A DNA stretch of 20,577 nucleotides from Candidatus Rokuibacteriota bacterium (GCA_044866005.1 JBIOTN010000119.1:1-20577), one strand, 5' to 3'; numbered from the stretch's first letter, positions 8,084-17,121 are shown. Notes: a model not told the origin generated them from the sequence alone. Made by a program: numbers and translations.

Positions 8084-8803
8084 CTACCGGCCCTTGACCC
8101 CGAGGTAGGCGCGGCTGATCGCCTCGTTGGCCGCGACCGCCGCCGCCCTGCCCTCGAAGGCGATGCGCCCCCGCTCCAGCAGACAGGCGCGGTGGGCGAT
8201 GGAGAGCGCCATCCGGGCGTTCTGCTCGACCAGCAGCACGGTCAAGCCTTCCCGGTTCAAGCGGGCGACGATCTCGAAGATCTGCTCCACGACCAGCGGC
8301 GCGAGCCCGAGCGACGGCTCGTCCATCATCAGGACGCGGGGGCGGGCCATCAGCGCGCGGGCGATGGCGAGCATCTGCTGCTCCCCGCCGGAAAGCGTCC
8401 CCGCCGCCTGGCGAGCGCGCTGTCCCAGGATGGGGAAGCGCGCGAACATCGCCTCGAGGTCCGACGCCACGCCCTGCCGGTCGCGCGGCAGGCGGAGGTA
8501 CGCCCCCGCCAGCAGGTTGTCGCGCACGGGCATGTGGCCGAAGACCAGGCGGTTCTCGGGGACGAGCGAGATGCCCCGGGCGACCACCCGGTCGGCCGGG
8601 AGCCCCGACAGCTCGCGCGCCTCGAAGCGGACGGAGCCCCGGCGCGGACGCAGGATGCCCGCGATGGTGTAGAGGAGCGTGGTCTTGCCCGCCCCGTTGG
8701 GCCCGAGGATGCACGTGATCTCGCCCTCGCGCGCCTCCAGGCTCACTCCCCGGAGGGCCTCGATGGCCCCGTACGAGGTGACGAGGTCGCGCACTTCGAG
8801 CAC
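8084..8803 (-). CDS. livF: ABC transporter ATP-binding protein, LivF-like
   Basis: GPNGAGKTT, AGTLSGGEQQMLAIARALM, MDEPSLGLAP, VEQNA, RAYLG. Probable GTG start at 8803. Confidence 0.93.
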   Translation of the reverse strand: MLEVRDLVTSYGAIEALRGVSLEAREGEITCILGPNGAGKTTLLYTIAGILRPRRGSVRFEARELSGLPADRVVARGISLVPENRLVFGHMPVRDNLLAGAYLRLPRDRQGVASDLEAMFARFPILGQRARQAAGTLSGGEQQMLAIARALMARPRVLMMDEPSLGLAPLVVEQIFEIVARLNREGLTVLLVEQNARMALSIAHRACLLERGRIAFEGRAAAVAANEAISRAYLGVKGR

Positions 8804-8811
8804 GGCGCCCC

Positions 8812-9558
8812 TCAGCCTGCGCTCTCCCCTGGCGGGGGCGGGAAAGCGGGCCCGTTCCGGCGCTTGCCCAGGTAGGCCTCGCGCACGCGCTCGTCGTCTT
8901 GCACGGCGACCGGCGCTCCCTCCGCGATCTTCTCGCCGAAGTTCAACACCACGACGTGGTCCGCGACCGCCATGACCAGGTCCATGTGGTGCTCGATCAG
9001 CACCAGGGTCTTCCCGCGTCCGCGGAGCGCGAGGATCCGGTCTCGCAGATCCTCGATCTCGGCGGCGTTCATCCCCGCCGCCGGCTCGTCGAGGAAGAGC
9101 AGGTCCGGGTCGGCGGCCAGGGTGCGCGCCAGCTCCAGGCGCCGTTGCTCGCCGAGGGCGAGGTTCCGGGCCAGCTCGTTCCGCTTGTCGCCGAGCCGGC
9201 AGAACTCGAGCGCGCCCTCGATCTCCCGCGCGCGCCCCGAGGCGGGCGTGGCGCTCCGCACCACCCAGAGGTTCTGCCAGACCGTGAGGCTGCCGAAGAG
9301 GCGGATGTTCTGGAACGTCCGCCCGACCCCCGCGGCCAGCACGCGGTGCGGCGGCCAACCGGTGATGTCCCGGTCCCGGTACGTGACCCGGCCCGCCGTC
9401 GGCGCGAACACGCCGGTCACCAGGTTGACGATCGTGCTCTTCCCGGACCCGTTGGGGCCGATGAGCCCCATGATCTGGCGCGGGCGCACCCCGAGGTCCA
9501 CCGCCCGGACGGCCGCCACCCCGCCGAACTGCTTGGAGAGCCGTTCAGTCCGCAACAC
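8812..9558 (-). CDS. livG: ABC transporter ATP-binding protein, LivG-like
   Basis: GPNGSGKST, RTFQNIRLF, LALGEQRRLELAR, LDEPAAGMN, IEHHMD, VREAYLG. Confidence 0.93.
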   Translation of the reverse strand: MLRTERLSKQFGGVAAVRAVDLGVRPRQIMGLIGPNGSGKSTIVNLVTGVFAPTAGRVTYRDRDITGWPPHRVLAAGVGRTFQNIRLFGSLTVWQNLWVVRSATPASGRAREIEGALEFCRLGDKRNELARNLALGEQRRLELARTLAADPDLLFLDEPAAGMNAAEIEDLRDRILALRGRGKTLVLIEHHMDLVMAVADHVVVLNFGEKIAEGAPVAVQDDERVREAYLGKRRNGPAFPPPPGESAG

Positions 9559-10459
9559 GGACGGGGGTCCCGCGGCGGCCGCCGTGCCAGCCGAGCCGGC
9601 GCACGAGGCCGACGTCGACGATGCCGTGCGGGCGAAGGTTCATCATGACGACGATCAGCACTCCGAAGAGGAGGTTCCGCCAGTCGCCCAGGAAGCGGAG
9701 CCCGTCGATGAGAAGCGAGAAGAAGAGCACGCCTGCGATCGGCCCGAGCACGCTCCCGGTCCCGCCGATCAGCGCGTAGGCGATGGCGAAGGTGGCGAGG
9801 AGCGCCCCGAAGTCCTCCTGGGAGACGTACGTCGCATAGTGGGCGTAGAGCCCGCCGGCCAGCCCGGCGACCAGGCCGCCGGCGCTCATCGCCGAGACCT
9901 TCACCGCGGTCAGGTTGATCCCGACGCTCGACGCCGCCAGCTCGTCCTCCCCCACCGCCCGCAGCACCGCGCCCGTGCGGGAGCGGTCCATCAGCCAGAA
10001 CGCGCCGAGCGCGAGCAGGACGAAGCCCCAGGTGAACGTCACGATCCCCAGCGACGACCAGCCGTTCTGGTAGTAGTACGTGATGCCGCGGAAGCCCTCC
10101 GCCGCGGCGGGCCCGATCGTGCGGTCCCCGACGCGGATCGTGTACCGGAGGTTGAGGAAGACCATCCGGACGATCTCGGTGAAGGCCAGCGTGGCGATCA
10201 CCAGGAAGAGCCCGCGCACGCGGAGCGCCGGGAACCCGACCAGGAAGCCGAAGACGCCGCCCATCGCCCCGCCGGCGAGGACGGCCAGGAAGATGGGCCA
10301 ACCCCACAGCGCGGTCGCCGCGCCCGCCGTGTAGGCCCCCAGCGCGTAGAAGCCGGCCTGGGCCATGGAGATCTGTCCGGTCAGGATGACGACGTAGGCC
10401 GAGAGCCCCAGGAGGATCCGGAACCCGAAGAGCGTGAGCAGGCTGAGGTAGAACTCCAC
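9545..10459 (-). CDS. livM: Branched-chain amino acid ABC permease, LivM-like
   Basis: TGQISMAQAGFYALGAY, LRVRGLFLVIATLAFTEIVR, EDELAASSVGIN, GGTGSVLGP. Probable GTG start at 10459. Confidence 0.92.
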   Translation of the reverse strand: MEFYLSLLTLFGFRILLGLSAYVVILTGQISMAQAGFYALGAYTAGAATALWGWPIFLAVLAGGAMGGVFGFLVGFPALRVRGLFLVIATLAFTEIVRMVFLNLRYTIRVGDRTIGPAAAEGFRGITYYYQNGWSSLGIVTFTWGFVLLALGAFWLMDRSRTGAVLRAVGEDELAASSVGINLTAVKVSAMSAGGLVAGLAGGLYAHYATYVSQEDFGALLATFAIAYALIGGTGSVLGPIAGVLFFSLLIDGLRFLGDWRNLLFGVLIVVMMNLRPHGIVDVGLVRRLGWHGGRRGTPVRVAD

Positions 10460-10466
10460 GACGGGC

Positions 10467-11351
10467 TCAGCCGCGTGCGCCCGGCCCGAACAGCCCAGCC
10501 GGGCGGAAGACCAGGAACGCGAAGAGCAGCAGATAGGTGACCATGTCGCGGTAGCCGATGCCGAAGAAATAGAGGGCCTCGTACTCCACGATGCCGAGGA
10601 GGAGCCCGGCCACGATCGCACCGGGGATGGAGCCCAGCCCCCCGAGCACGGCGGTGACCAGCCCCTTGATGGTCAGGGGGAGGGACAGGAGCGGGGAGAG
10701 GTTCCCCACGGCCGACCCGATGAGCGCGCCGGCGACGCCGCCGATCATCCCGGTGATGACGAAGACCGCGGCGTTGACGCGATGGAGCCCGATCCCGCAG
10801 AGCTGCGCGGCGACGGGCTGCTGGGAGACCGCGCGGGTGGCGAGGCCGAGCCGCGTCCGGTACACCAGGAGCCACAGGGCGCCCATGACCGCCAGGCTCA
10901 CCAGGAACATGAAGGCGAGGTCGCCTCGCAGGAGCCAGGGCCCCACGTCCATCATGAGCCGCCCCATCGGGGCCGGGAAGGCCACGGGCCGTCCGTGGGT
11001 GGCGTGGGCGACGACCTCGTCGATGAAGAAGAGCATCCCCATGGTCGCCATCAGCGGGGCGAGGGGATAGTCCCGGGGCATCCACCGGAAGCACGCCCAC
11101 TCGATCACGAGCCCGACGACTCCGGCCGCCACCACGGCCGTGAGGAAGACCGCCAGGAACGGCGCGCCGCTCAGCCGGAAGAGCAAGAGCCCGGTGTAGG
11201 CCCCGGCCAGGCCGGTCACGGCGAAGGCGAGGTTCAGCTTGTCCATGACGCCGAAGATCATGGTGAAGCCGATCCCGATCAGGGCGTACGACGAGCCGAA
11301 GAGGAAACCGTTCAGGAGCTGCTGGACGAGATCGAGGACGAGATCGCTCAC
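10467..11351 (-). CDS. livH: Branched-chain amino acid ABC permease, LivH-like
   Basis: QQLLNGFLFGSSYALIGIGFTMIFGVMDKLNLA, RTRLGLATRAVSQ, GGLGSIPGAIVAG. Confidence 0.93.
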   Translation of the reverse strand: MSDLVLDLVQQLLNGFLFGSSYALIGIGFTMIFGVMDKLNLAFAVTGLAGAYTGLLLFRLSGAPFLAVFLTAVVAAGVVGLVIEWACFRWMPRDYPLAPLMATMGMLFFIDEVVAHATHGRPVAFPAPMGRLMMDVGPWLLRGDLAFMFLVSLAVMGALWLLVYRTRLGLATRAVSQQPVAAQLCGIGLHRVNAAVFVITGMIGGVAGALIGSAVGNLSPLLSLPLTIKGLVTAVLGGLGSIPGAIVAGLLLGIVEYEALYFFGIGYRDMVTYLLLFAFLVFRPAGLFGPGARG

Positions 11352-11366
11352 CGGCGACTCCGCTCT

Positions 11367-11456
11367 CCCTCTCCCTCCCGCCGGGAGGGAGAGGGCGGGG
11401 TGAGGGCGGGCGACTCACCCCTCACCCTGCCCTCTCCCCCGGGACGGGGGAGAGGG
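11367..11456. repeat. Inverted doublet of REP-like palindromes (CCCTCTCCC...GGGAGAGGG / CCCCTCACCCT type)
   Basis: CCCTCTCCCTCCC-GCC-GGGAGGGAGAGGG-CGGGGTGAGGG, followed by its inverted counterpart CCCCTCACCCTG-CCCTCTCCCCCG-GGA-CGGGGGAGAGGG. Confidence 0.85.
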
Positions 11457-11472
11457 GTGCCGGGAAAGCGGC

Positions 11473-12684
11473 TCAGCGGGGGCGGGGATCGAAGAGGACG
11501 GCCCAGTCGGAGTTCTTCGCCACGGCGAACACGTACGGCTTGACCGACTCCCGATCCTCCGTCCGGGTGATCTTGCCCAGGAGCCCGTCGAACTCCTTCA
11601 GCCTGGCGAGCCCTTCGCGGATCTTCTGCCGGTCCTGGGCCAGGGTCGTGGGCTTGCCCTCCACTCCCGACGTCTCGATGATCCGCTTCAGCACGTGCAG
11701 GTTCTCGAAGACCGCGGCGGAATGGAGGTCCACGTTCCCCTTGTACCGGGTCGCCACGACCTTGGCCACCCGCTGGGCCTCCGCCGTCACCGGGGCGAAG
11801 CCGCTGGGGATGATCAGGCCCTCGGCCTCCGGTCCGCAGCCCGCCATGGTCTCGAGCGTGGCGGTCGAGGTGAGCCCGACCAGGAGCTTCGGCTTCACGC
11901 CCTGGCGCTGCATCTCGCGCAGGACCCCGCAGGTCGTGAACGGGTGTGCGGAGATGGCCACGACGTCCGGCCGGGCCCGGCGCCACTTGCCGACCTGGGT
12001 GGAGAACTCCGTGTCGGCCAGGAGCCACTTCTCCCAGCCCAGCACCTCGAAGCCCGCCGCCTTGGCCGCGGCGTCCATGGTGCCGGAGTTCGAGTTCGAG
12101 TGCGCGAAGTCGCTCTCGACACCGCCATAGACGGTCTTGAGATCCGGGTGCTTCTCCTTGAGCCACTTGAAGAGGTGGTTGTACATCGTGGGCTCGTGGG
12201 GCACGTTCCGGAAGGCCCACTCGGAGATCTTGGCGAGCCCGGGCTTGATCGCGGTGTCGGTGAAGATCGGGACCTGGAGCCCCGAGTCCCCCGGGTCGCC
12301 GGTCTTGCGCTGCAGGATGCCGAAGAGCGGCTCGGCCACGTTGGAGCAGGTCGGGCCGATGATCACCAGCCAGTCCTCGCTGGCGAGCTTGCGGACGACG
12401 GAGATGCCTTCCTCGGCGTTGCACCGCTCGTCGACGAAGGTCGTGACGATCTTGGCGCGACTGCCGTCGGCGAGCCTGATGCCGCCAGCCGCGTTCAGCT
12501 CGTCCACCGTCATGTCGAGCACGGCCTTCGAGTTGATGCCGAAGCCCCGGATGACGCCGGTCATGGCGCCCACGCCGGCGATCTTGATCACGCGCTCCTG
12601 GGCGTCGGCCGCCGTCCACGCGAGGGGGATGGCGAGCCCGGTGAGGATGAGGATCACGAGCGCCGTACGAGCCAGCACTCTCAT
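11473..12684 (-). CDS. Liv-type ABC transporter substrate-binding protein
   Basis: GGAGGTG RBS before ATG 12684. Signal peptide ends ADA-Q. Motifs IKIAGVGAMTG, IIGPTCSNV, DTEFSTQV, FDGLLGKIT. Confidence 0.92.
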   Translation of the reverse strand: MRVLARTALVILILTGLAIPLAWTAADAQERVIKIAGVGAMTGVIRGFGINSKAVLDMTVDELNAAGGIRLADGSRAKIVTTFVDERCNAEEGISVVRKLASEDWLVIIGPTCSNVAEPLFGILQRKTGDPGDSGLQVPIFTDTAIKPGLAKISEWAFRNVPHEPTMYNHLFKWLKEKHPDLKTVYGGVESDFAHSNSNSGTMDAAAKAAGFEVLGWEKWLLADTEFSTQVGKWRRARPDVVAISAHPFTTCGVLREMQRQGVKPKLLVGLTSTATLETMAGCGPEAEGLIIPSGFAPVTAEAQRVAKVVATRYKGNVDLHSAAVFENLHVLKRIIETSGVEGKPTTLAQDRQKIREGLARLKEFDGLLGKITRTEDRESVKPYVFAVAKNSDWAVLFDPRPR

Positions 12685-12742
12685 CGGAGCACCTCCAAGT
12701 CGGCGGGAGACGGGTCCGGACGGTCCCTCTGTCGGTAGCGGG

Positions 12743-12772
12743 ATCATAGTCCAGAACGGCCGGCCGGGGCAA
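12743..12772 (-). promoter_or_regulatory. Putative sigma70 promoter of the Liv operon
   Basis: On the minus strand: TTGCCC (12772-12767), 18 nt spacer, TATGAT (12748-12743), about 60 nt upstream of the SBP start. Confidence 0.5.
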
Positions 12773-12791
12773 CGGGCCGCCCGGGGCGGTG

Positions 12792-13580
12792 TCAGCGCGG
12801 GTCGCCGGCGTGGCCCTCCACCGGCGCGCGCAGGAGCGCGTACCGCAGGGCCACGCCTCCTGCCAGGGCGAGCACCGCGCAGGCACGCACATCCAGGCCC
12901 CCGAGGATGCCCAGGGCGGGGAGGACGCCTCCGGCCGCGGCCCCGCCGAGCCACCAGAGGCCCGCGTGCACGCCCCTGAGCACCGTGCGCTCGGCCCCGG
13001 CGCCGAGCCACACGGCGACGACCATCGTCGCCTGCAGGAGTCCCGCCGCAACCAGCACCGGGCCGAGGCGCGGTGAGCGCGGGTCTACGAGCGCGAGGGC
13101 GCTGGCGCCGAGCATGACGCCGGCGCCGAGCAGCAGCGGGCCCAGCAACCGCCCGCGCCGCCAGAACGGCACCGCCGTAGCCGAGAGCAGGAGTCCCTTG
13201 TAAGCCAGCACGGCGGGCGCCAGCGCGAGGAGGGCCCACGCCGTCCAGCGGAGCGAGGGGCCGAGCAGCGCCGCAAACGCCACGATGGCGTAGGCGGAGA
13301 GGATGTAGACGCCCCACGACATGGGCGAGGTCGGGTTCATCGCCATCACCATGTAGTGGAAGCGGCGCGGCCGCCCGAGGTCGTAGACCAGGATGCCGAG
13401 CGCGAGCGCGATGGACGGGAAGCCGAGCACGGTCGCCGCCGGCCAGAGGCTCGAGTCCCCGGCGAAGAGCCGCGCCGCGGCGGCGACCCACAGGGCGCCG
13501 GCGCCCACGGCGCTCAGCGCGAAATCGGCGACGATCTCCCGGCCCCACGGGGGGCCGGCCGTGCCTACCCGGTAAGCCAT
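12792..13580 (-). CDS. nrfD: NrfD/PsrC-family membrane anchor subunit of the formate dehydrogenase
   Basis: PPWGREIVADFAL, LVYDLGRPRRF, NPTSPMSWGVYIL, YKGLLLSATAVPFW are NrfD hallmarks. About 8 TM segments. Confidence 0.85.
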   Translation of the reverse strand: MAYRVGTAGPPWGREIVADFALSAVGAGALWVAAAARLFAGDSSLWPAATVLGFPSIALALGILVYDLGRPRRFHYMVMAMNPTSPMSWGVYILSAYAIVAFAALLGPSLRWTAWALLALAPAVLAYKGLLLSATAVPFWRRGRLLGPLLLGAGVMLGASALALVDPRSPRLGPVLVAAGLLQATMVVAVWLGAGAERTVLRGVHAGLWWLGGAAAGGVLPALGILGGLDVRACAVLALAGGVALRYALLRAPVEGHAGDPR

Positions 13581-14341
13581 CCTGCCAGCCACGCGGCCAG
13601 CGCCGCGACGGTGCCGGCGGCGACCGTGACCGAGAGGAGCGCGTCCTTCACCAGGTGCGCGGCCGGCCGCGCCGGGTTGTCGGGAAGTCCGAACACGCCG
13701 GGCACGTCCGTGATGACGAAGAGGGCGTGAAGCCCGGCCAGGCGCCCGCCGCCCAGGCGCTCGTCGCCGTAGAGGCGCGCGCCGGCCTCCCCTCGCGCGC
13801 GCAGCGCGACCACGCGTGCCTCGGCCCGCGACCGGAGCGCCCCCAGCTCACCGAAGACGATCGCGTCGGTGGGGCAGGCCTTGGCGCAGGCCGGCTCCAT
13901 CCCCTGCCCGAGCCGGTCCACGCAGAAGGTGCACTTGTGCGCCCCCCCGTCCCGCTCCGAGCGGCCGACCACGCCGAACGGACAGGCGGCCACGCAGTAG
14001 CCACAGCCGTTGCAGACGTCGTCGCGGACGAGCACCGTGCCGAAGCCGGTGCGCACGATGGCCCGGGTGGGGCACGCCTCCAGGCACCCGGCGACCGCGC
14101 AGTGCTTGCAGACGTCGGAGAGGAACAGCCACTTCCCCTGGCGGGTGGCGGGGTCGAAGGATTCGACGAACGCGACGTGGCGCCAGTTGTCGCCCGAGAG
14201 CCGCAGCGTATTGTCGTACGACTGGCCGGTGAAGACGCTCGTCTCCGGCAGGCCGGGCAGCTCGTTCCACTGCTTGCAGGCCACCTGGCACGCCTTGCAG
14301 CCGATGCACAGCGTCACGTCGGTGAGGAAGCCGACCGGCAT
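13565..14341 (-). CDS. fdnH: Formate dehydrogenase iron-sulfur (beta) subunit, 4x[4Fe-4S], with a C-terminal TM helix
   Basis: CIGCKACQVACKQWN, CKHCAVAGCLEACP, CNGCGYCVAACPF, KCTFCVDR...PACAKACP. Hydrophobic C-terminus. Confidence 0.92.
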   Translation of the reverse strand: MPVGFLTDVTLCIGCKACQVACKQWNELPGLPETSVFTGQSYDNTLRLSGDNWRHVAFVESFDPATRQGKWLFLSDVCKHCAVAGCLEACPTRAIVRTGFGTVLVRDDVCNGCGYCVAACPFGVVGRSERDGGAHKCTFCVDRLGQGMEPACAKACPTDAIVFGELGALRSRAEARVVALRARGEAGARLYGDERLGGGRLAGLHALFVITDVPGVFGLPDNPARPAAHLVKDALLSVTVAAGTVAALAAWLAGWLTG

Positions 14342-14371
14342 GGGGGACCTAGCAGGTCTCGGACTCGAGGC

Positions 14372-17071
14372 TCACGCCTTCCGCACGTCGCACACGAACG
14401 CCTTGGTCTCCTGGATGGACACGTTCGGGTCGCCCACCATGGCCGAGAGGTCGTTCACCACGTCGCCCCGCACCAGGCCCGCGTACCCGAAGTGCCACGG
14501 CAGTCCGACCGCGTGGACCGTGCGCGGGCCGAGGCGGAAGGGCCGCAGGCGGGGCGTGACGAGCGCCTTGGCGCGCACCTCGCCGCGCGGCGTCGAGATC
14601 AGGACGCGGTCGCCGTTCCGGATGCCGCGCGCCTCGGCCAGCTCCGGCGAGAGCTCGCAGAAGAGCTCCGGCATCAGCTCCGCCAGCCAGGGGAGCCAGC
14701 GCGTCATGACGCCCGTGAGGTGATGCTCCGTGAGGCGATAGGTCGTCAGCACGAACGGCCATCTCGGGTCGGCCGGCTCGGCGAGCGGGTTGCCGTGGGC
14801 GGCGAACTGCTTCAGGCGCGGGTTCGCGCGGGCGGCCTCCAGCAGGTTGCCCCCGACCGGCGACTCGACCGGCTCGTAGTGACGCGGGAGCGGGCCGTCG
14901 GCCAGCCCGGGCGCGAAGAGCCGCGCCACTCCATCCTCCAGCATCAGGAAGGGGTGGGCGGCGTCGCCGTCCGGCACCGCCCCTCTCCACGCCTTCCGCT
15001 CGCTCCACGGCGCGCCGGTCGCCGGGTCCACCGAGGCGCGGTTGTAGAGCATGCGCCGGTTCATGGGCCACGACCACGCCCAGCCGGCGTCCTCCGGCCC
15101 CCCCGCCGAGCGGGCGGCCGCGCGCAGTCGGTCCGGCGACGGGAAGATGCCGGCGTGGATCCACGAGCCGGCCGCGGTGGAGCCGTCGTCCTTGAGGTCA
15201 GCGGGCGACTCGATCCCCGCGCCGTCGGCCACGCGAACGCCGTTGATCTCGCGGAGCACCGCCCGCGCGTCGGGCTCGCCGTGCGCGACCTCGGGGTAGT
15301 CCCAGCAAAGGTGCGGGATCACGTCGCGCAGTCGAAGCGCCAGCTGGTGCAGGAACCACAGCTCCGAGCGCGCGTCGCCCGGCGGATCGGCCGCTTTCTC
15401 GTGCCACTGGACGAGCCGCATCGTGTTCGTGAGCGAGCCGGCTTTCTCGGCTGCCATGGCCGCGGGCATGAGGAAGACCTCGGTCGCGCACTCCTCCGGC
15501 GTCCCGCCCGCCTCCTCCTTCCAGACGGCGGCGGTTTCCAGCTCGTAATAGTCGCGGATGACGAGCCACTCGAGCTTCCGCAGCGCCCGCCGGGCGAAGG
15601 CCGCGTTCGGCGCGCCGGCGGCCGGGTTCTGGCCGATGACGAGGCAGCCCTTCACCTCGCCGGCGTCCATGGCCTCCACCATGGCCTGGAAGGAGCGGTC
15701 ACGGTCGGACTTGGGCAGGAGGTCGTAGGCGTCCGGGCGCCCGTACCAGGCGGTGAGGAGCGAGGCCAGGTAGCGCGGCGTCCCGCTCCAGCCGCCCGCG
15801 CGCTTCGTCTCCCGCGCGAGGTACGCGGCCTGGCTCGCGTGCTCGGGCGCCTCCCGCGGGGCCGGCAGGTAGCCCGGCAGCACGTGGTAGAGGGAGGCCA
15901 GGTCGGTCGCGCCCTGGATGTTGGCGTGGCCGCGCAGCGCCAGGATGCCGCCGCCCGGACGGCCGACGTTGCCCAGGAGGAGCTGCAGCATGGCCGCCGC
16001 CCGAATGTTCTGGACCCCGTGGGTGTGCTGGGTCCAGCCGACCGCGTAGCAGATCGTGGTGGTGCGCTCGCGGCCGCTCGCGCGCGCCAGCGTCGCGGCG
16101 ACCCGCTGGAACAGCTCGACCGGCGTGCCGCACACCTCGCTCACCCGCTCGGGCGTGTAGCGCTCGTAGTGCCGACGCAGCACCGACAGCACGCTCATCG
16201 GGTGATCCAGCCCGACCCGCCGGGGCTGGCCGTCCGGGCCGCGCGCGAGCTCCTCGCCATCCTCGCGCACCAGGAAGCCCGCGTCCGTGTACGCCTCCAC
16301 GTACTCCCGGAAGAAGAGGCCCTGCTCCAGCACGTGCCGCACGAGTCCGCCCAGGAAGGCGATGTCGGTGCCGGGACGGATGGGCACGTAGAGCGACGCG
16401 CAGGCGCTGGTCCGCGTGAAGCGGGGGTCGACGTGGACCACCTCGGCCCCGCGCTCCCGCGCCTGCATCACGAAGCGGAAGGCCACCGGGTGGGCCTCGG
16501 CCATGTTGGAGCCCATGATGAGGATGGCGTCGGCGTTGACGAGGTCCTGCACGTACGTGGTCGCCCCGCCGCGTCCCAGCGAGGCGCCCAGACCGGGCAC
16601 CGTGGAGCTGTGTCAGACCCGCGCCTGGTTCTCGATCGAGACGACCCCCAGGCCGCGCATGAGCTTCACCAGGAGGTAGTTCTCCTCGTTGTCGAAGACC
16701 GCGCCGCCGATGGACGCCAGGCCCGTCGTGCGGCGCACCGGCATCCCGCCCGACTCCTGCACGAACGTGCGCGCCCGCGTCTCCCGCACGAGCTGCGCGA
16801 TGCGATCCATCGCCCAGTGGAGCGGGCGCGTCTCCCAGGCGCGGGCGCGGGGGGCCCGGTAGAGGAGCCGGGTCAGCCGGTTGGGGTTGACCGCGAGCTG
16901 GAAGGCGGCGGCCCCCTTGGGACAGACCGTGCCCTCGTTGATGGGCGAGGCCGGATCCCCCTCCATGTTCACGATGCGGCCGTCCCGGACGTGCACGAGG
17001 AGGCCGCACCCCACCGCGCAGTAGGGGCACACCGACGGGACGGCGCGCGCGCCTTCCAGCTTGAAGGGCAT
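14372..17071 (-). CDS. fdnG: Selenocysteine-containing Mo/W formate dehydrogenase alpha subunit (FdnG/FdoG type, 899 aa; UGA=Sec at 16615-16613)
   Basis: ORFs 16613..17071 and 14372..16600 are in one frame. Joined they read CPYCAVGCG...CPKG...ENQARV-U-HSSTVPGLGASLGRGGAT, matching the FdnG active-site motif ARV-U-H. Also present: LRGHANIQG and the C-terminal TTYRLTEHH molybdopterin-binding domain. Confidence 0.95.
16583..16615 (-). promoter_or_regulatory. Bacterial SECIS element
   Basis: UGA, then 11 nt, then hairpin GGUGCCC-GGUCU-GGGCGCC. The apical GGUCU and the spacing match the E. coli fdhF-type SECIS. Confidence 0.88.
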
Positions 17072-17084
17072 GGCAGAGATGATA
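17072..17084 (-). promoter_or_regulatory. Putative -10 element for a leaderless fdh transcript
   Basis: TATCAT (17084-17079) lies exactly 7 nt before ATG 17071. Confidence 0.5.
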
Positions 17085-17121
17085 CCGCACCTCCCGGGCC
17101 GCGGCGCGTCGGCCGGCGGCG

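Noticed and set aside
7080..8100. IS element or integron cassette carrying the TA pair
   Set aside because: I could not identify a transposase, terminal inverted repeats, a target duplication or an attC structure.
4596..9358. Apparent extended ATPase ORFs (533 aa at 4596-6197 and 424 aa at 8084-9358)
   Set aside because: The extensions are off-frame overlaps of upstream genes. Homology begins at 5276 and 8803.
11367..11456. Possible CRISPR array or intrinsic terminator
   Set aside because: There are only two inverted units, with no direct repeat-spacer periodicity, no cas genes and no U-tract.
12685..13548. Long N-terminal extension of the SBP ORF (691 aa), suggesting a fusion
   Set aside because: It overlaps nrfD in another frame. 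The true start at 12684 has an SD and a signal peptide.
16613..16615. Premature stop suggesting an fdh pseudogene
   Set aside because: The TGA is at the catalytic Sec position and is followed by a SECIS.
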